Assembly (NCBI GenBank): GCA_965287045.1
Contig: OZ336884.1
Span: 52,266,001-52,330,000 of the forward strand
Source: Carcharhinus amblyrhynchos
Lineage: Eukaryota
Reading direction: 5' to 3'
Length of the DNA: 64,000 nt
Part shown: one piece after another, positions 11,675 to 24,894 of the stretch
How positions within the stretch are numbered: the first letter of the stretch is position 1
Layout: each line of letters starts with the position of its first letter
Notes under the pieces: generated by a model
Database searches by the model: none
What the model was told of the DNA's origin: nothing
The model's input: the letters and a program-made list of their open reading frames with translations, nothing else
Translations under genes and position numbers: made by a program

Positions 11675-14600
11675 ATTTCTATCTCTCATCTTTATATATG
11701 GTTGAAAGGTATTGTTGAAGACTCAGGAGCTATATATATAACTTCCTATCTATCAAGAATTCCGATGGAGCCAGATTGTTCTGCAGAGGCATAGACTTGA
11801 AACACAATAAGGCTCGGTTAACATTGTTACTTATTTTCAACAAGGACTTGTCAGGACCAATTTGCTTTCAATCTCTCCATTGGTCTGTGGGAGTCAAGGA
11901 GAACTGGTGGTGTGGATAAAGCTGTATGCTTTAGTGAAGCTTTTAAAGCAGTCATAGGAAACTCAGGGCCATTTGTCAGGGACAACTAAATCATGGCTGC
12001 CTTGTATGGCAAATAATTCCCTGAGCATAGCAACAATTGCTACAGAGGTGGGGTCATATAGCCCTTTGACCTTGATCCAGCAAGAGAAAGGTTTTATCAC
12101 TGAAGACAAAGGGTTCCATCCCAAGATTCTCCCATGAATAGAATAGGAATGAAGATGCCATTAGAGGTTTCTTGGGATCTTGCCTGCAAATGGAAAAAGT
12201 AGTTCAATTGGAAATTATGTACTTAATAACTTTGGAGATATCAGGTCACCCAGACTGAATTTCAGGCTCTAAAATTCCCCGCACTTGGTGATACGTAAGT
12301 GTCTCTGGTGTAACCCATTGGAAAATGTCTAGCCTGTGCAACCTGTGAATGAGCATTCAGTCATTATACACTAACGAGGCAGTCATAAGACTAAAGTAAC
12401 TTAAGTTGTTCAAAGTATTGCTCCAGAATACAATTGCTAGAAACACACATCAGCCATGGGTGGTCACCTGGAGGAACATGGCAGAGAAGGTAATGTCGGG
12501 CTCTACATCCTCAACAAAGTGTACATCGTTCTGTGCAGGCTTTCCCATAGAAAAGTGGTATAAGGCATCAGCTGTGATTTGATGTTTACCCTGGATGTCT
12601 TCTATGGCAGCATCAAACTTCAATGAGCCATAAGCCAAACCTTTGGATTTAGGGTGGGATCTTGGCTAATTCTTTAGTGTTGGTAGGGTGAAATAAGATA
12701 GTAAACTTGGGTCCCGTGATGTAATCCAAAAGCCTGGGTGGCTGCTCGGGCCTCTTTTGCAATGGCAGCGTACTGTGATTCTGTTTCTGTCAGTGCCCTG
12801 GAGGCATTACATACTGCGCTGCAAAAGCCAGCTCACTGAATTTGGAACAAACTAGCCCTACCACAATGAACAATGCTTCAATTGTGACTATGGGCTAAGT
12901 CATTATGGCCCAATGTTTCCATAGACATGAGCATACACTTGATTGTGCCCCTGTTGGTGTTTAACCCAATACCAGGCTTATCCTCACTTCAGGAGCTGTT
13001 GATGTGGTTGTTGATGGATACAGGATTGGGCAGAACCTCAGCCAGTTGACCATGTCCATGAAATGTGGAAGCTCCTTAATGCTAAGGGGTACTGAGAAAT
13101 CTTTGTGGTTTACTGGCATTAATCTTGATAGCAGATATGTTAACAATATGGCCTAAGAGGTTGATGGTGGGTTTTGAGAACTCACATTTATGATTGAGTC
13201 TCAGGCCTGCGGCTGGAAGTGTGTAATATTATTTTCACTCTGATGCCATGTTTCAAGGTAGTGAATCCATGAATGAGAACATCATCTATATGACAAATTA
13301 CTCCTTCCAATTCTTCCGAAATGCCAGTCATGGAACATTGAAAGATCTCTGGGCTGAGTCAATTCTAAATAATAGAAAATTGAAACAATACCTCCTGAAG
13401 GGTGTGATGAATGTTGTTAGCTGTTTGAATTCCTCATCTAACTGGAGCTGCCAAAAGCCCTTATTTGCATCCAGTGTGGTGAAAACTGGGCTCCTTGTGA
13501 GCTCCCCAAGCTTTCATTGAAAGATTCCACAGGGCGGATCTCACTTTGAACTGTCTTGTTCAACTTTGTTAGGTCCACACAAATACATATTAGCCTTAGG
13601 GACATGCAACATGCTTGAGCATATGGGTTTCCAGCAATATCATCCTCTGGCTTAGCATGGATTCAATCTCTTGTTTCAATTTTTCCAAGTGTGAATTTGG
13701 AACTTTTCTTGGGATAAGTGAACGCACTGGCTTGGCATGTGGCTTTGAGCTAATATGGCAAGTTGTTTGGTGCTTCCCCAGAGCTGTGAATATTTTGCAA
13801 ATTCCCTCCTGAGTTTAGCTGATTTGACCTGGTTGTTCGGCTCCTCCATCTTGTAATTAAGTTATAAATCTGAACAAGCTTTTCAGCTCTGCAATAAACA
13901 CTCCTGAATTTTGATAATAAAGAACTTCTGCAATTCCTCTTCCCTTATAAAAAAAAGTGTGACAGTCACCTGCACTTGCACCACTACTCCTCTTCCACAA
14001 AACCTCTTCCATAAAAAGCACTTCACAATTATCAGTATCTTCAATTTCTTTAATACTGGTCAACTAAACCCTAAATTTTGTCTGGACATTTTTCGGCTGG
14101 AGTTGAAAGCTTTCTGCTGTACACCATTTGAAATGGCCTACCTCCTGCTAGAATGGCACTCTGCATTTATGACAGGACAGTCCTCATGTTTATGGAGTTG
14201 TGCCACAATGGGATAACTAGATAATGGCAGCAACTGTTCCCTCTTTGTTCTGGGTTTGCATTTTAGTGGGTGCACTGGTTGCTCACAAACTGAATTGAGT
14301 CAGTGGTCCGACTCCACAAAGGCTCTCTATAACTCTGGATCAAGGCTTGGTTCTTCCATACATCTGCCTGTCTTTCTAATTCACTGCCTTGGGAAATATC
14401 AGATCCTCCCTGGACTGCAGAAAATCAGATAAGGATTCATCACAATGCTCCTACCACAATCTTAAATGAATTCATCCTTTACAATCGCGCTGACAGCCAA
14501 AATATACAGGAATTAAATGAAAATTCAATACTTTTTCCAGATTTCTGATTGCACCTGTTAAACCTCACCTGATCTGTAATAATGGTCCTCTGAAGACTGA

Positions 14601-15518
14601 AATACAAATCAAAGGCTTTAATAACTTCTTCACAAGTTGATGGGCTCTCAACAACACCTTGTCTTATTAAAATATTAGCTGTGCTGCTGTCAATGGAATA
14701 CAGGAGTTGCTGACCTTCCTTCAGTAGGTTTTCACGTTAACCCCAAAGTGGTTTTGTATCGGTTGAATATGCAATGCCAGTTTTGCCAGAGTACTTCTTA
14801 GTCAGGCTCTTTCACATGATCAAAGGATTCTAGTAGACGTAGGACTCTTTCCATGATTGTCTGTTACTTTTAGTGAGCTTTTTTAGAACTCCGTTGATAC
14901 TTTTATGTCTGATGCTCAGTCAGTCACTCCCTGGCTGCCTTTCATTTGGTCGCTTTCACTTTGCTGCCAACATTGGTCTAATTGGGGATCTGTGCTATTC
15001 AGTAAGTTAACCACTGCCACCATGAAGTATCACTGTAAATGATCCCAGGGTGTGGTCAACAAAGAATTCTGGAAGCAAAACCTCAAGGAACGTTCCAATA
15101 TTTAGTAACTACGTACAATTATGTTCAGGGATAGATAGCACAAGGCTCCGTTCAGAACCATCTGTCTGAGCTCCGGTCACATGTGAACGGAGATCTTTGA
15201 TATATATTAACTTTTAGTATACTCGTCATTAAGACTTCATTCCGTACATTCAGTGAGCATTTGGACATAACATTCAAAGATGCACACTTTAAATACAGGA
15301 GAATAATCAGGAAGGCAACCTTTCGCTAATTCACTCTTAACTGACTCAACACAGGCTATTGATAGCTTTGCTTAGTACTATTGTATCTGAGTTCAGTACA
15401 GATTGTGGATCAAATGTAGAACTTTCCTTTCTTACAGAGCTTAGTTCTTTATTGAATAAAATGGCTGAGCCAGCAAATCAACTTTTACCCTCATTAAGGA
15501 TAAATGTATTTATAAATA

Positions 15519-15816
15519 TGGGCAGCACGGTGGTTAGCACTGCTGCCTCACAGTGCAAGGACCTAGGTTCAATTCCTGGCTTGGGTCACTCTCTGTGCGG
15601 AGTCTGCACATTCTTCCTGTGTCTGTGTGGGTTTCCCCCAGGTGCCCTGGTTTCCTCCCACTGTCCAAAAGACATGCTGGTTAGGTGCATTGACCCATGT
15701 TAAATTCTCCCTCAGTGTTCCTTAACAGGTGCCGCAATGTGGCGACTAGGGGATTTTCACAGTAATTTCATTGCAGTGTTAATGTAAGCCTACTTGTGAC
15801 ACTAATAAATAAACTT
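15519..15816 (+). mobile_element. tRNA-derived SINE (HE1/V-SINE-like)
   Basis: ggcagcacggtggttagcactgctgcctcacag...ggttcaattcc (A/B boxes), core gtctgtgtgggtttcc...ggttaggtg, tail aataaataaac. Confidence 0.8.
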
Positions 15817-17312
15817 AGAAATAATATTTTAAATGATTATATTGCAAGTATACATTTAGTAATTCTCTGAACATTTGTATATTTACATTAATTGAAAAAC
15901 CCACAGAGTGTTGTTAATTGCAGAAATATGAAGGCACTCAACTCAAGGACAATACTGGAAATTATTGTAGAAAAAAGGGACAGAAAATTAAGTGGCAATT
16001 TTCTGTCTCTTTTTTCCATATCACAGAATACACATTCCTTGTATGCAAACAATAATTTTACATTGAGCCAATGGTTTAAATATAAACAGTTGAATATACC
16101 CCTTTTTCACTCCAACATGATTAGTCAATTGAAAGTCAGATAGCCCCGAAGGGAAGCCAGTGCTGCTTGATATCAACTTGTCTGCTGTCATTCAAGGACC
16201 AGCTCCAGCAGTGATTATCTTTGCCAGAATTTCAATGAAAATATTGTCAAAGGATTTTTTTTATTTAAAAACACGCAATGCCTTTAACCCGGGATGCAAA
16301 TTGAATGCTCTGCTCAGTCTGAAAGACCAGCTGTGTCCCATTTTCAAAAGAAAAACCATCATGACACAATTATAACTTCAGCACCTGAGAGTTAGTCAGT
16401 CCTGTTGACCTAGTTAATAAGAATGTTACTCCACGTTTCACCATTGTATATCCTAGTTATATCAATATGTTCTATGTTCTATGTTCATGTTACAAATTAG
16501 AATAATCATATTCTGCAATATTTATTTTCAGCATATCTATGATTATATGCAATATAAATCAGAACATTCTGAGTTAAATAATTAACTTCTGGCTTTTAAA
16601 GATTATATATTTGTGCAACAAAGGTTATTGTATGGGAAGAAGTTCGCCCAAAATTTCATTTCAGCTACTGAAAACAGCAGCTGTACAATTTATGCACCAT
16701 TTTCTTATTTTTACTGCTAGATAATGACAATGATGAATGCATTTATGGGGAAATAAATATTCACTAAACTCAAGTCAAACATGTCTCCTATTTTTCCCAT
16801 TCTACCATCACATGAAGGTACAGGGATCATTTGTAGCTGCAGGAGATTTATTTCAGGAGAAGATGGAACTGTGCCCATGACTGCATCTCATGACAATTTA
16901 ATAGTTCAGCTAAATTAAACCTAAGGCAATACTTGTGCGTAACCAGAGTAATCAATATCATTAAAGTTGATGTCAGCCATAATCATATCAGATATATGTG
17001 GAGGAACAAGTGATTAGCTGTGGATGTAAATCAAGAGAAGTGTGTAACGTAAGGAAGACTTGGTTGCCAAAAAATTAATGTAAAGCACAGAGGTCAATGC
17101 TTTTCAGGCCAAGCCAAAGTGAGGTCAAGTATACACCTTGTACAATGGTTAAATACCAGAAAATGAGAAATCATGCACTAGTCACAAAAGCAGGGAAAGA
17201 ACAGCACTAGCATTTTTATGTAATGACTATAATAGACTATTTGAGGATTTTTAAAAAAATCTATGTGGATGTTTATAAGAAGCATTCATTCTTTTTATGA
17301 GCTCTTTGGAAA

Positions 17313-17673
17313 CATAAAATTATGATGGGTATAGATAGAATGAATGCAAGCAGGCTTTCTCCACTAAGGCCAGGGGAGAAAACAACTAGAGGACATGGGT
17401 TAAGGGTGAAGGGGGAAAAGTTTAAAGGGAATATTGTTGGGGGGGAGGTTCTTCACACAGAGAGTGGTGGGAATGTGGAATCAGCTGCCAGATGAAGTGG
17501 TAAATGCGGGCTCACTTTTAACATTTAAGAGAAATGTGGGCAGGTACATGGATGAGAGGGGTGTGGAGGAATATGTTCCAGATGCAGGTCAGTGGACCAG
17601 GCAGAAAAATGGTTCGGCACAGCCAAAAAGGGCCAAATGGCCTGTTTTTGTGCTGTAGTGTTCTATGGTTCTA
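17313..17673 (+). mobile_element. CR1 3' end fragment
   Basis: FFTQRVVGMWNQLP (ORF 17434-17658); tail ttctatggttctat. Confidence 0.85.
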
Positions 17674-17989
17674 TATGGTATGAAGCTACGATAATATAAT
17701 TATGACCTCCAGCAGGTTACACACACTTTAAAAGCATGTCTACCAGTCTGCGACGAACACGTTGGAGAAGAAACAAAGCTCCAATGGCTTATTTCTATAT
17801 ACTGAGACCAGATACTAAAAGTTGGATTTTAAACATGAAGAAATCCTGGTACAAATGTGTTGTAACCAATCTAAATGGCAGCAGATTTCAAATTCCCATG
17901 ACATGATTAATGATCCTTTCCGGCTCTTTAACTTCCCTGTCCATATAGAAGAGAAGGAGAAAAGGAAAAAGTCCCGATTACATGAATTT

Positions 17990-19310
17990 GTAATCAGACG
18001 TGGTTTTGTGAAAGGAAAATTGTGCTAAACCAATTTATTGGAGTTCTTTGAAGAAATAAAGTGTGCTGTGGATAAAGGGGAACCAGTGGATGTACTGTAA
18101 TTAGCTTTTCAGAAGGCATTTGATAAGATGCCATAAGAAATGTGATTGCGAAAAATAGCTGTTGTAAGGACTAACATAGTGGGGCATAGATTGGCAAGCA
18201 AAAGGAAATGGGGGTAAGTTGTCAAGATGTAATGTGTGGTGTGCCACAGACATCAGTACCAGGGCATTCAATTTGTTATAATTTATATAAATAAGTTGAC
18301 CAAAGATATGGTTGCTCAATGGTACAGAGCTAGATATGATCATAATTTGTGAACACACAAGGAACCTGCAAAACAAGAAACATAGGCTGAATGTGTGGGC
18401 AAAAGGCTGGCAAATTGAATATAATGTGGGAAAATATGAAATTGTCCATTTTGGCAGGAAAATTTAAAAAAGCATATCAGCGAAACGGTGAGAGGTTAAA
18501 GAACTCTGGGATGCACAGGGAACCAGAGGTCAGAGTGTGTGAATCACAAAAAGCTAGTCTGTGGATACAATAAATAATTAGGAAAGCTAATAGAACATTA
18601 CCATTTATTACAAGGGGAACTGAATACAAATGTAGGGCAGTTGTGATTCAGTTGTACAGGGCATTGATGAGACCACATCTGGAGTACTGTGTATTGCATT
18701 GGTCTTCATTATTGGAGGAGAGTATTATAATGCGTTGGAAGAAGTTCAGAAATGGGAATCTGGGATTGAGAAGGTTTTCTTATGAGGATATGTTTGACAT
18801 GACAGGTTTGCCTCTACTGGATTTCAGAAGAATAAGAGGTGACTGACTGAAACATAGGAAAAATCCTGAGTGGTCTTGACGTAGGTTCTCCTATCCTCCT
18901 CTTGTGGGAAGATCTAGCACTAGGGCCACAGTTTAAAAATAAGGGATCACCTATTTAGGACAGAGATGAAGATTTTTTTTCTCTCTAAGGGCTGATAATC
19001 TTTGCAACTTTCTTCCCCAAAAGGCAGTGGAAGCAGTTATTGTTCTTCTTTCCCTTCCAACAGCTAATGTCACACAAAAAAGACTTTCATCTACTTTGCT
19101 ACAAGCAAGAAAATTTGAAAAGCCATTGCCCCAGGAGGCACAACTGCAAGGTCAACTAAGCTATTTAGCAGGGAATCTTTATATGAAGGAAGTATATTAA
19201 GGGATATTTAGGAAGGTAAGGGATTTTGTTTGTATAACTAAAGCTGCCATGACTTGCAAAAATAATGAAGCAGGTTCAAGGGGTCGAGTGAACTATTTCT
19301 GCTCCCATGT
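17990..19310 (+). mobile_element. Old degenerate CR1 RT remnant
   Basis: GFVKGKLC, FQKAFDK, LYRALMRPHLEYCV in broken frames. Confidence 0.75.
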
Positions 19311-19546
19311 AGTTAACTTCTCTGGTTAGACATGCCAGGCAGTTTCAAAAGATTTGTATGATGGCTGTGGTTGAGATAGCCCAAAACTGGCACAGTCAGA
19401 GGAAGTGAATTGTTAATGGTAGCCATCCAACAAACACACTACAAAGTAATTCCTTATTTTCAACTTTTATGATTAATACTTGTACAAAGTTAATTGAATC
19501 CGACTTTGGTTAACAATGTTCTTCCCTAATTTCATTAACATCCTAC

Positions 19547-19744
19547 CTTTAAACAAATATCCTGCTTAGAGAAATCTTCAAAATCCTTGGTTTGGAGCTC
19601 CGGAGAGTTGAACAGAAGTTCCACGTCACACACAGCTTGGTGAAGCTGGCGTATCTCTGCCAGGTAGGCAGAAGGCATGTAAGAGGTTTCAGGCAGTATC
19701 CCTTCAGTCAGCACAGTTACAGTTTTCTCTTCGTAAGTACTTTG
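19547..19744 (-). CDS. DMD: Dystrophin coding exon, ortholog of human exon 42 (198 bp, phase 0-0)
   Basis: tttcacaccag|CAAAGT...TTAAAG|gtagga; QSTYEEKTVTVLTEGILPETSYMPSAYLAEIRQLHQAVCDVELLFNSPELQTKDFEDFSKQDICLK vs human ...SYVPSTYLTEI...LLNAPDLCAKDFEDLFKQEESLK (195 bp). Confidence 0.95.
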
Positions 19745-20122
19745 CTGGTGTGAAAATACAACATGATATTCAACAACAACAAAAAAAGTGGTTGAAACAA
19801 TAAAATTGCATTATTGCATCAAGGTTGGCAAAGCCTCAAATTGTTGCAAAATCATTTGACTTATTGTAGTTAATAGTATTACTAGTAAATATGGCATTCA
19901 CCTTCCTAAAATGGCCCTTCAAAGATTCCTTTAACATAAATTTACAGAAAAGCAATTTTCCTTTTCTAAAGTGTGCAAGTCAAGTTTGGTTATGGCAGTT
20001 AGAAAAATAGAATCGTACATTGGGTTTAAGGATTGGAAACTCAAGGCACTGAAACAAATGTAGTATTACTTCTGTAGTTGCAGAAGTAACTGTGAGTGTG
20101 TTCATACTAAATACAAAATCAG

Positions 20123-20258
20123 GGCTGGGATTCTCCAATTTTGTCAGCAGCTGGGATTCTCCGATCCCGCTGCAGTGAATGGAGACTTAGCTAAGAGCCA
20201 TATTCTCCTTTCTTGCTAGTAGTGGTGGAACAGCGTGAATGACTGGAGAATTCCGGCC
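20123..20258. mobile_element. Harbinger-type MITE
   Basis: TIRs GGCTGGGATTCTCC / GGAGAATTCCGGCC (12/14), flanked by 3-bp CAG duplication (20120-20122, 20259-20261). Confidence 0.75.
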
Positions 20259-23200
20259 CAGATATTTTTTTTAAAAGGGGAAGTAAGTAAATTACTCTTT
20301 CTGTTTAGTAGAATTTGTAGCCCAATTTAGAGCAAGTTAAGTGCAACTTATAAAAGTTGTCCAAAGTCTGTGCCATTCAACCTTTATTACAAGTCAACTT
20401 ACCTTTTCAGCAAACTTCGAAGTGATACAAGCACAGTTTTTTCCCCAATTTCACAAGCAATGAAACAGCCTCCATGGGTATCGTTATTTTGTTTAACTGG
20501 CATCAATTATTATTTTAAACAATGATAAGTAATTGGATGGACTGATATCAGTCAAAAAAATTTAAACAATAAGCCAATTGTTGTATCCTCTCACTTCCTT
20601 GCCGAAAGTTTGGTTGGATTGTTATTTATGATAAAGTGAGGGAACACTCATAATAAAATGGATTTTAACCATGTAAGTCCCTACATTAGTCATTCAGCTA
20701 CACTATTGATATACCATATTCTACATTCTAACCAATTAGTTTAACAAAGAACATTTCAGATAAAAAAAATAGAAAATGAGTCAGGACTATAATGAAGCAG
20801 CATGGAATTCACTGGGAAAGATGTCAAAAATAGGTTGAAAAAATATCATGCAGTCTTCTGTGTCATTAAGATGGAACATATAATGCAGCATTTCTGAGCA
20901 CATTCCTGTATGTGTTAAACAGATACAGCCACAAGCATCTTTTTGAATTTAATAGTGAAAATGGCAGCATTGTTTGAAACAACGCCAAGCAAAATGAACG
21001 CTATGTAAAGTACGGCTCAAATACCATGCAACTTTTTTTTCCTCCCACCCTGAAGCAGCTTTGTGAACAATACATCTTGAATGGAACACACTAAGCACAA
21101 TTAGAACAATTAACAGCACAGAATAAAATGATACATTTCCTGTCAAGAATCTAACATGATCATTTGTTCTCTGCAGTTCAAATAAAATTCCAAACAAGAT
21201 TATGTTAATTTCACCAGGTTACATCTCTCTAACTTCATCCTGAATGCTAAAAATAAAGCAATTGGCTCAAAAAGCACATATTTATCTCACCAATGCAAGG
21301 TATCATTTTGATAATGATTTTGGCACAATAATAATTCAAATGTTTATCCATTTAGGGAAATCAGGGTATATTAGCTTTATATATTAGATAAGGCTTGCAT
21401 GAGAATATGGAATTCTCACGTGACTCAAAAATTCAGGTGTTATCTTACACTGAAAACAGATCAAGTCCATAGCAATGTCCTATGTTTCAGGGTGATATCT
21501 CATTATTGTTGCTATTAAATGTATTAAAAGCTAAATCACTGCATCTGTTTGGGGTAACTTGATGATTTCTATGCGCCAACAGGATAAAAATGTTACACGT
21601 TTAAAATTAAAGATTTAACTTGTTTTTCAAATAATTTGTAACGTGTGAATGAGTCAACATAAAACGAGGATAAACAGGAACGTGTCATGTGGCACAGTAA
21701 ACAGTTTCTCCAACAAATGCATGTGCAATCGATTCTTATCAGGGCAAGAGTGAAAATGGAAGGGAATAACAGCAAAGCTGAAAATCTGAAGAACATAAAT
21801 AGGAAGGAAAAGAGTCATTTAACCCATGAAGCATGCATTCTTTCACAATCTATTCATAGCTACCCTAATCAAAAGTTTCCTTCATACATACACTCTCCTC
21901 CAAATTCTCAGTTAAATACCGATCTATTGAATATTCCTAACTCTTGCCGTTATACATTTTTTTTATTCATTCATGGGATGTGGGCTTCGGTGACAGGGGC
22001 AGCATTTACTGGAATCACAAATTGCTTCTGAACTGAGTGGCTTGCTTGGCCACTTAAGAGTCAACCACATTTCTGTGGGACTAGAGTCACATGTAGCCAG
22101 ATTTTCTTCCCAAAAAACATTAGTGAATCATTTGGGGCTTCAATCTCATACCATTGAGCACATAACCAGAATTAGGAGGAAAGTGGTCCAAAAATGCACA
22201 TCTGCTGAGAATGGTTTTCAGAGCTCAGCTAATAGTTCAGAGAAGATTTATCATAATAATGTGGAAGAAGTGTGATTTTTCTCCCTTTGCCCTGTATTAT
22301 TAATGATAAAAAAACACAACTTATTAAATGTCCAATTCTTTGCTGGGCAATATTGATCTAACCTCTTTGGAAAAGTTCTGAATGAGAGCAAATGGATCTA
22401 TGTATTTTCCTTTTTGTTGTTACCTTATAAGGACAGTGCTAATAAGAGAACAGAGCACAAATAAACACAGCTAAATCCATTATTTAAAGAATGTGATTTG
22501 GTAACAATTGAACAATTTGACACATATTGAATGAATACCATCTGTCATTTGATCATGTGAAAACATTACTATTTGTGGTCAAAATGAGCCTAGATCTCAA
22601 AGCAGAGAGTCCCCAAAGGACTCAGCAAGAATTGTCCACTGACAAGTTGAACCATAAAAACTAGCAAGGTCTCACATCTCCAATTATACTGTGTTAACTG
22701 ATCCCTATTTGGGGAGCCATATATCACCACGAATAGTGCTAATGTTTCCAGGAGGGACCAATTACCCCAAGAACCATGAGCTAGCTGGAAGTATGCAGGC
22801 TAGAGAGAACATGATCCAAGAGTTCTGCTCAAAATCACTGGAGGTGGTTCCATACTGGAAATACATTTGCTTGGATATTGGATCAGAGGATTGGCCTCAG
22901 CTACGACGTCCTGCCGATAAAAAGCCATCTAAAATTCATTGCCGAAGCTGCTACATAAATAATGGCCACTTAGCCAAGTGCAAGATAGCAAAGGTTCCTA
23001 TGGAACTATATTCTGAGCACATACATTATTCAATTAAAAGAAGGTAGAGGAAAAAATGGTTTTACCACAATTATTGTGCCACTGAATTATCATGCATTAT
23101 GCATTTTGATCATGCACCATTCCTGTAGATTTTTTGAACATCTGAAAAAGTTCTTTTTGGAGGATAGAAATGCAATGTTTCTGGGTTGATACCAGGCTTG

Positions 23201-24519
23201 AAGACAAGGAGGAAAGGAAAATAAGGGGGATGGGGGGACATGTCAGGGCAGTTCCCTAATTAATTCCTACCAACAGGTAACATTTCCAAGATTGGGTTAG
23301 GAAGTGGGTCATTGTCCACTACAGAAAGAGACAGACAGCCAAAGTTAACTGTTAAAAGGCCTCAATTAGGAATTAATTTTCAGCATTTCTTACATCTTTC
23401 AGGTTAAACAGCTCCCACCAAACGTACAGCCTACTACTTCAGTGGAGGTGTGTTGTGTGTCACAATCATGGTCCAGACTGATACAATGGAAGAATTACTC
23501 CTCCTGGCCAACTCTTACTGGTCACTTGTTGTTTGATGTGAACATGGGAACCACCTCTGTCTTCCCCAGATCTAACTTGGAGGAACTTCGTTCTCCTGAT
23601 GGGGCTGCCAAGATTCTAGCAATGCAAACCCTCAGATTGGTTCAACAGGCTAAGGACAGTGAACTCAAGAGATGGCAAAATAGGTGACTACCTCTGGGAA
23701 AATCATGATGCTAGTCTCCCTGCCAGCAAGTACAGACTTAAGAACCTCATTTAGTCCTGATGTCTATGTCCCAAAGGCAGCATGGAAATGCTGTCCTATA
23801 TTACACTAAGAATATCTCAAGTGCCCTTAGAGTCAATGACTTTTTGACCAAAACTTCTGGCTATTTAAGGTGCTTTCAAATAATTGTTGTTCTTTCATAT
23901 TCTTACACGTAGCTAAGGCAAACTCTGTTACCAGCATAAGTGCTGCTTAGGTGGAATCTTGGGCTGTTTTGTTGAATGGAAGATAGTTGAACAGATAAAC
24001 ATCTGCAAAGTTTTCTTTTATACCTGAGAACCGATTCAAACCAAGATTTAAAAGGTCTTTCCTATCCTTCTTTGGCTGTATTTTTATAATTATCGATGCA
24101 AGGAGGATTGATATTCATCCACATTATCTCAATAATCTTCTTTGAATTACTGACCAAATGTGAAAAACAAACTTACCAGATGCACATTTTTTGACCACTT
24201 TGAGCAGTAACACCATACTCAGAGGTAATGGTACAAAATTGAAGATATGTGGCAATAAAGGTTTACCAAAGTGTCCACGAGAAATGTGTAGATGATATTC
24301 ACACAAAATTGTCACACACACACACACACAGAACTAATGGACTGCACATTTGGTGGGAGCTGTTTAACCTTAAAAATGTAAGAAATGCTGCACAATCATT
24401 CCTAATTGAGACCTTTTATCAGTTAAATTTAAGAATTTTAACTATTCTGCACTACAAGCATGAATAGTAATTAGGTATTATATATAAATCAAGTGCGTAC
24501 CAAACAATAGATTGCTAAG

Positions 24520-24880
24520 GAATACAGCACAGAAGGTAGCCACTTGGTCAATCATACTCATGCTGGCTCTTTGCAGGAGCTTTTCGATTAGTACCATTCC
24601 CCCGCTCTTTCCCCCACAGCCCTGCAAAATTTTCACCATCACACGTACATCAGACTCCCTTTTGAATCTTTTTACTAAATCTGCTTCCACTACTCATTCA
24701 GAATAGGAATTCCAGATGATGATAGCTTGATGTACAAACAAATTTAACCTTCCTTTCTTTTTTGCTTATTACTCTAGATTTATGTTCTCTAACTACTGAC
24801 TCACCCATAATGTAAGTAGTTGTTCCCCACCTCCATAATTTTGAACCATTCTAATAAATCTCTCTTTAGCAGTCACTGCT
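24520..24880 (-). mobile_element. Old CR1 3' remnant
   Basis: VKRFKRESD...LQGCGGKSG (ORF 24478-24690) matches CR1 ORF2 C-terminus/3' UTR pattern. Confidence 0.6.
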
Positions 24881-24894
24881 CTAATGAGAACCAA

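Larger units (their letters stand above)
10702..15239 (-). mobile_element. Decayed Ty3/Gypsy LTR retrotransposon with both LTRs (3' LTR ~10702-10875, 5' LTR ~15023-15239)
   Basis: Diverged direct repeats tgaagtgtcattgtaaatgatcccagg / tgaagtatcactgtaaatgatcccagg. PBS TGGTGGCAGTGG directly inside the 5' LTR (15011-15022, tRNA-Leu-like). RT remnants FITPFRRYCF (~13400) and KCEFSKPTINLLGH (~13170); RNase H end IQGKHQITADAL (~12580). Confidence 0.8.

Noticed and set aside
15519-15590. tRNA gene
   Set aside because: The A/B boxes belong to a SINE head followed by a SINE core; no complete cloverleaf.
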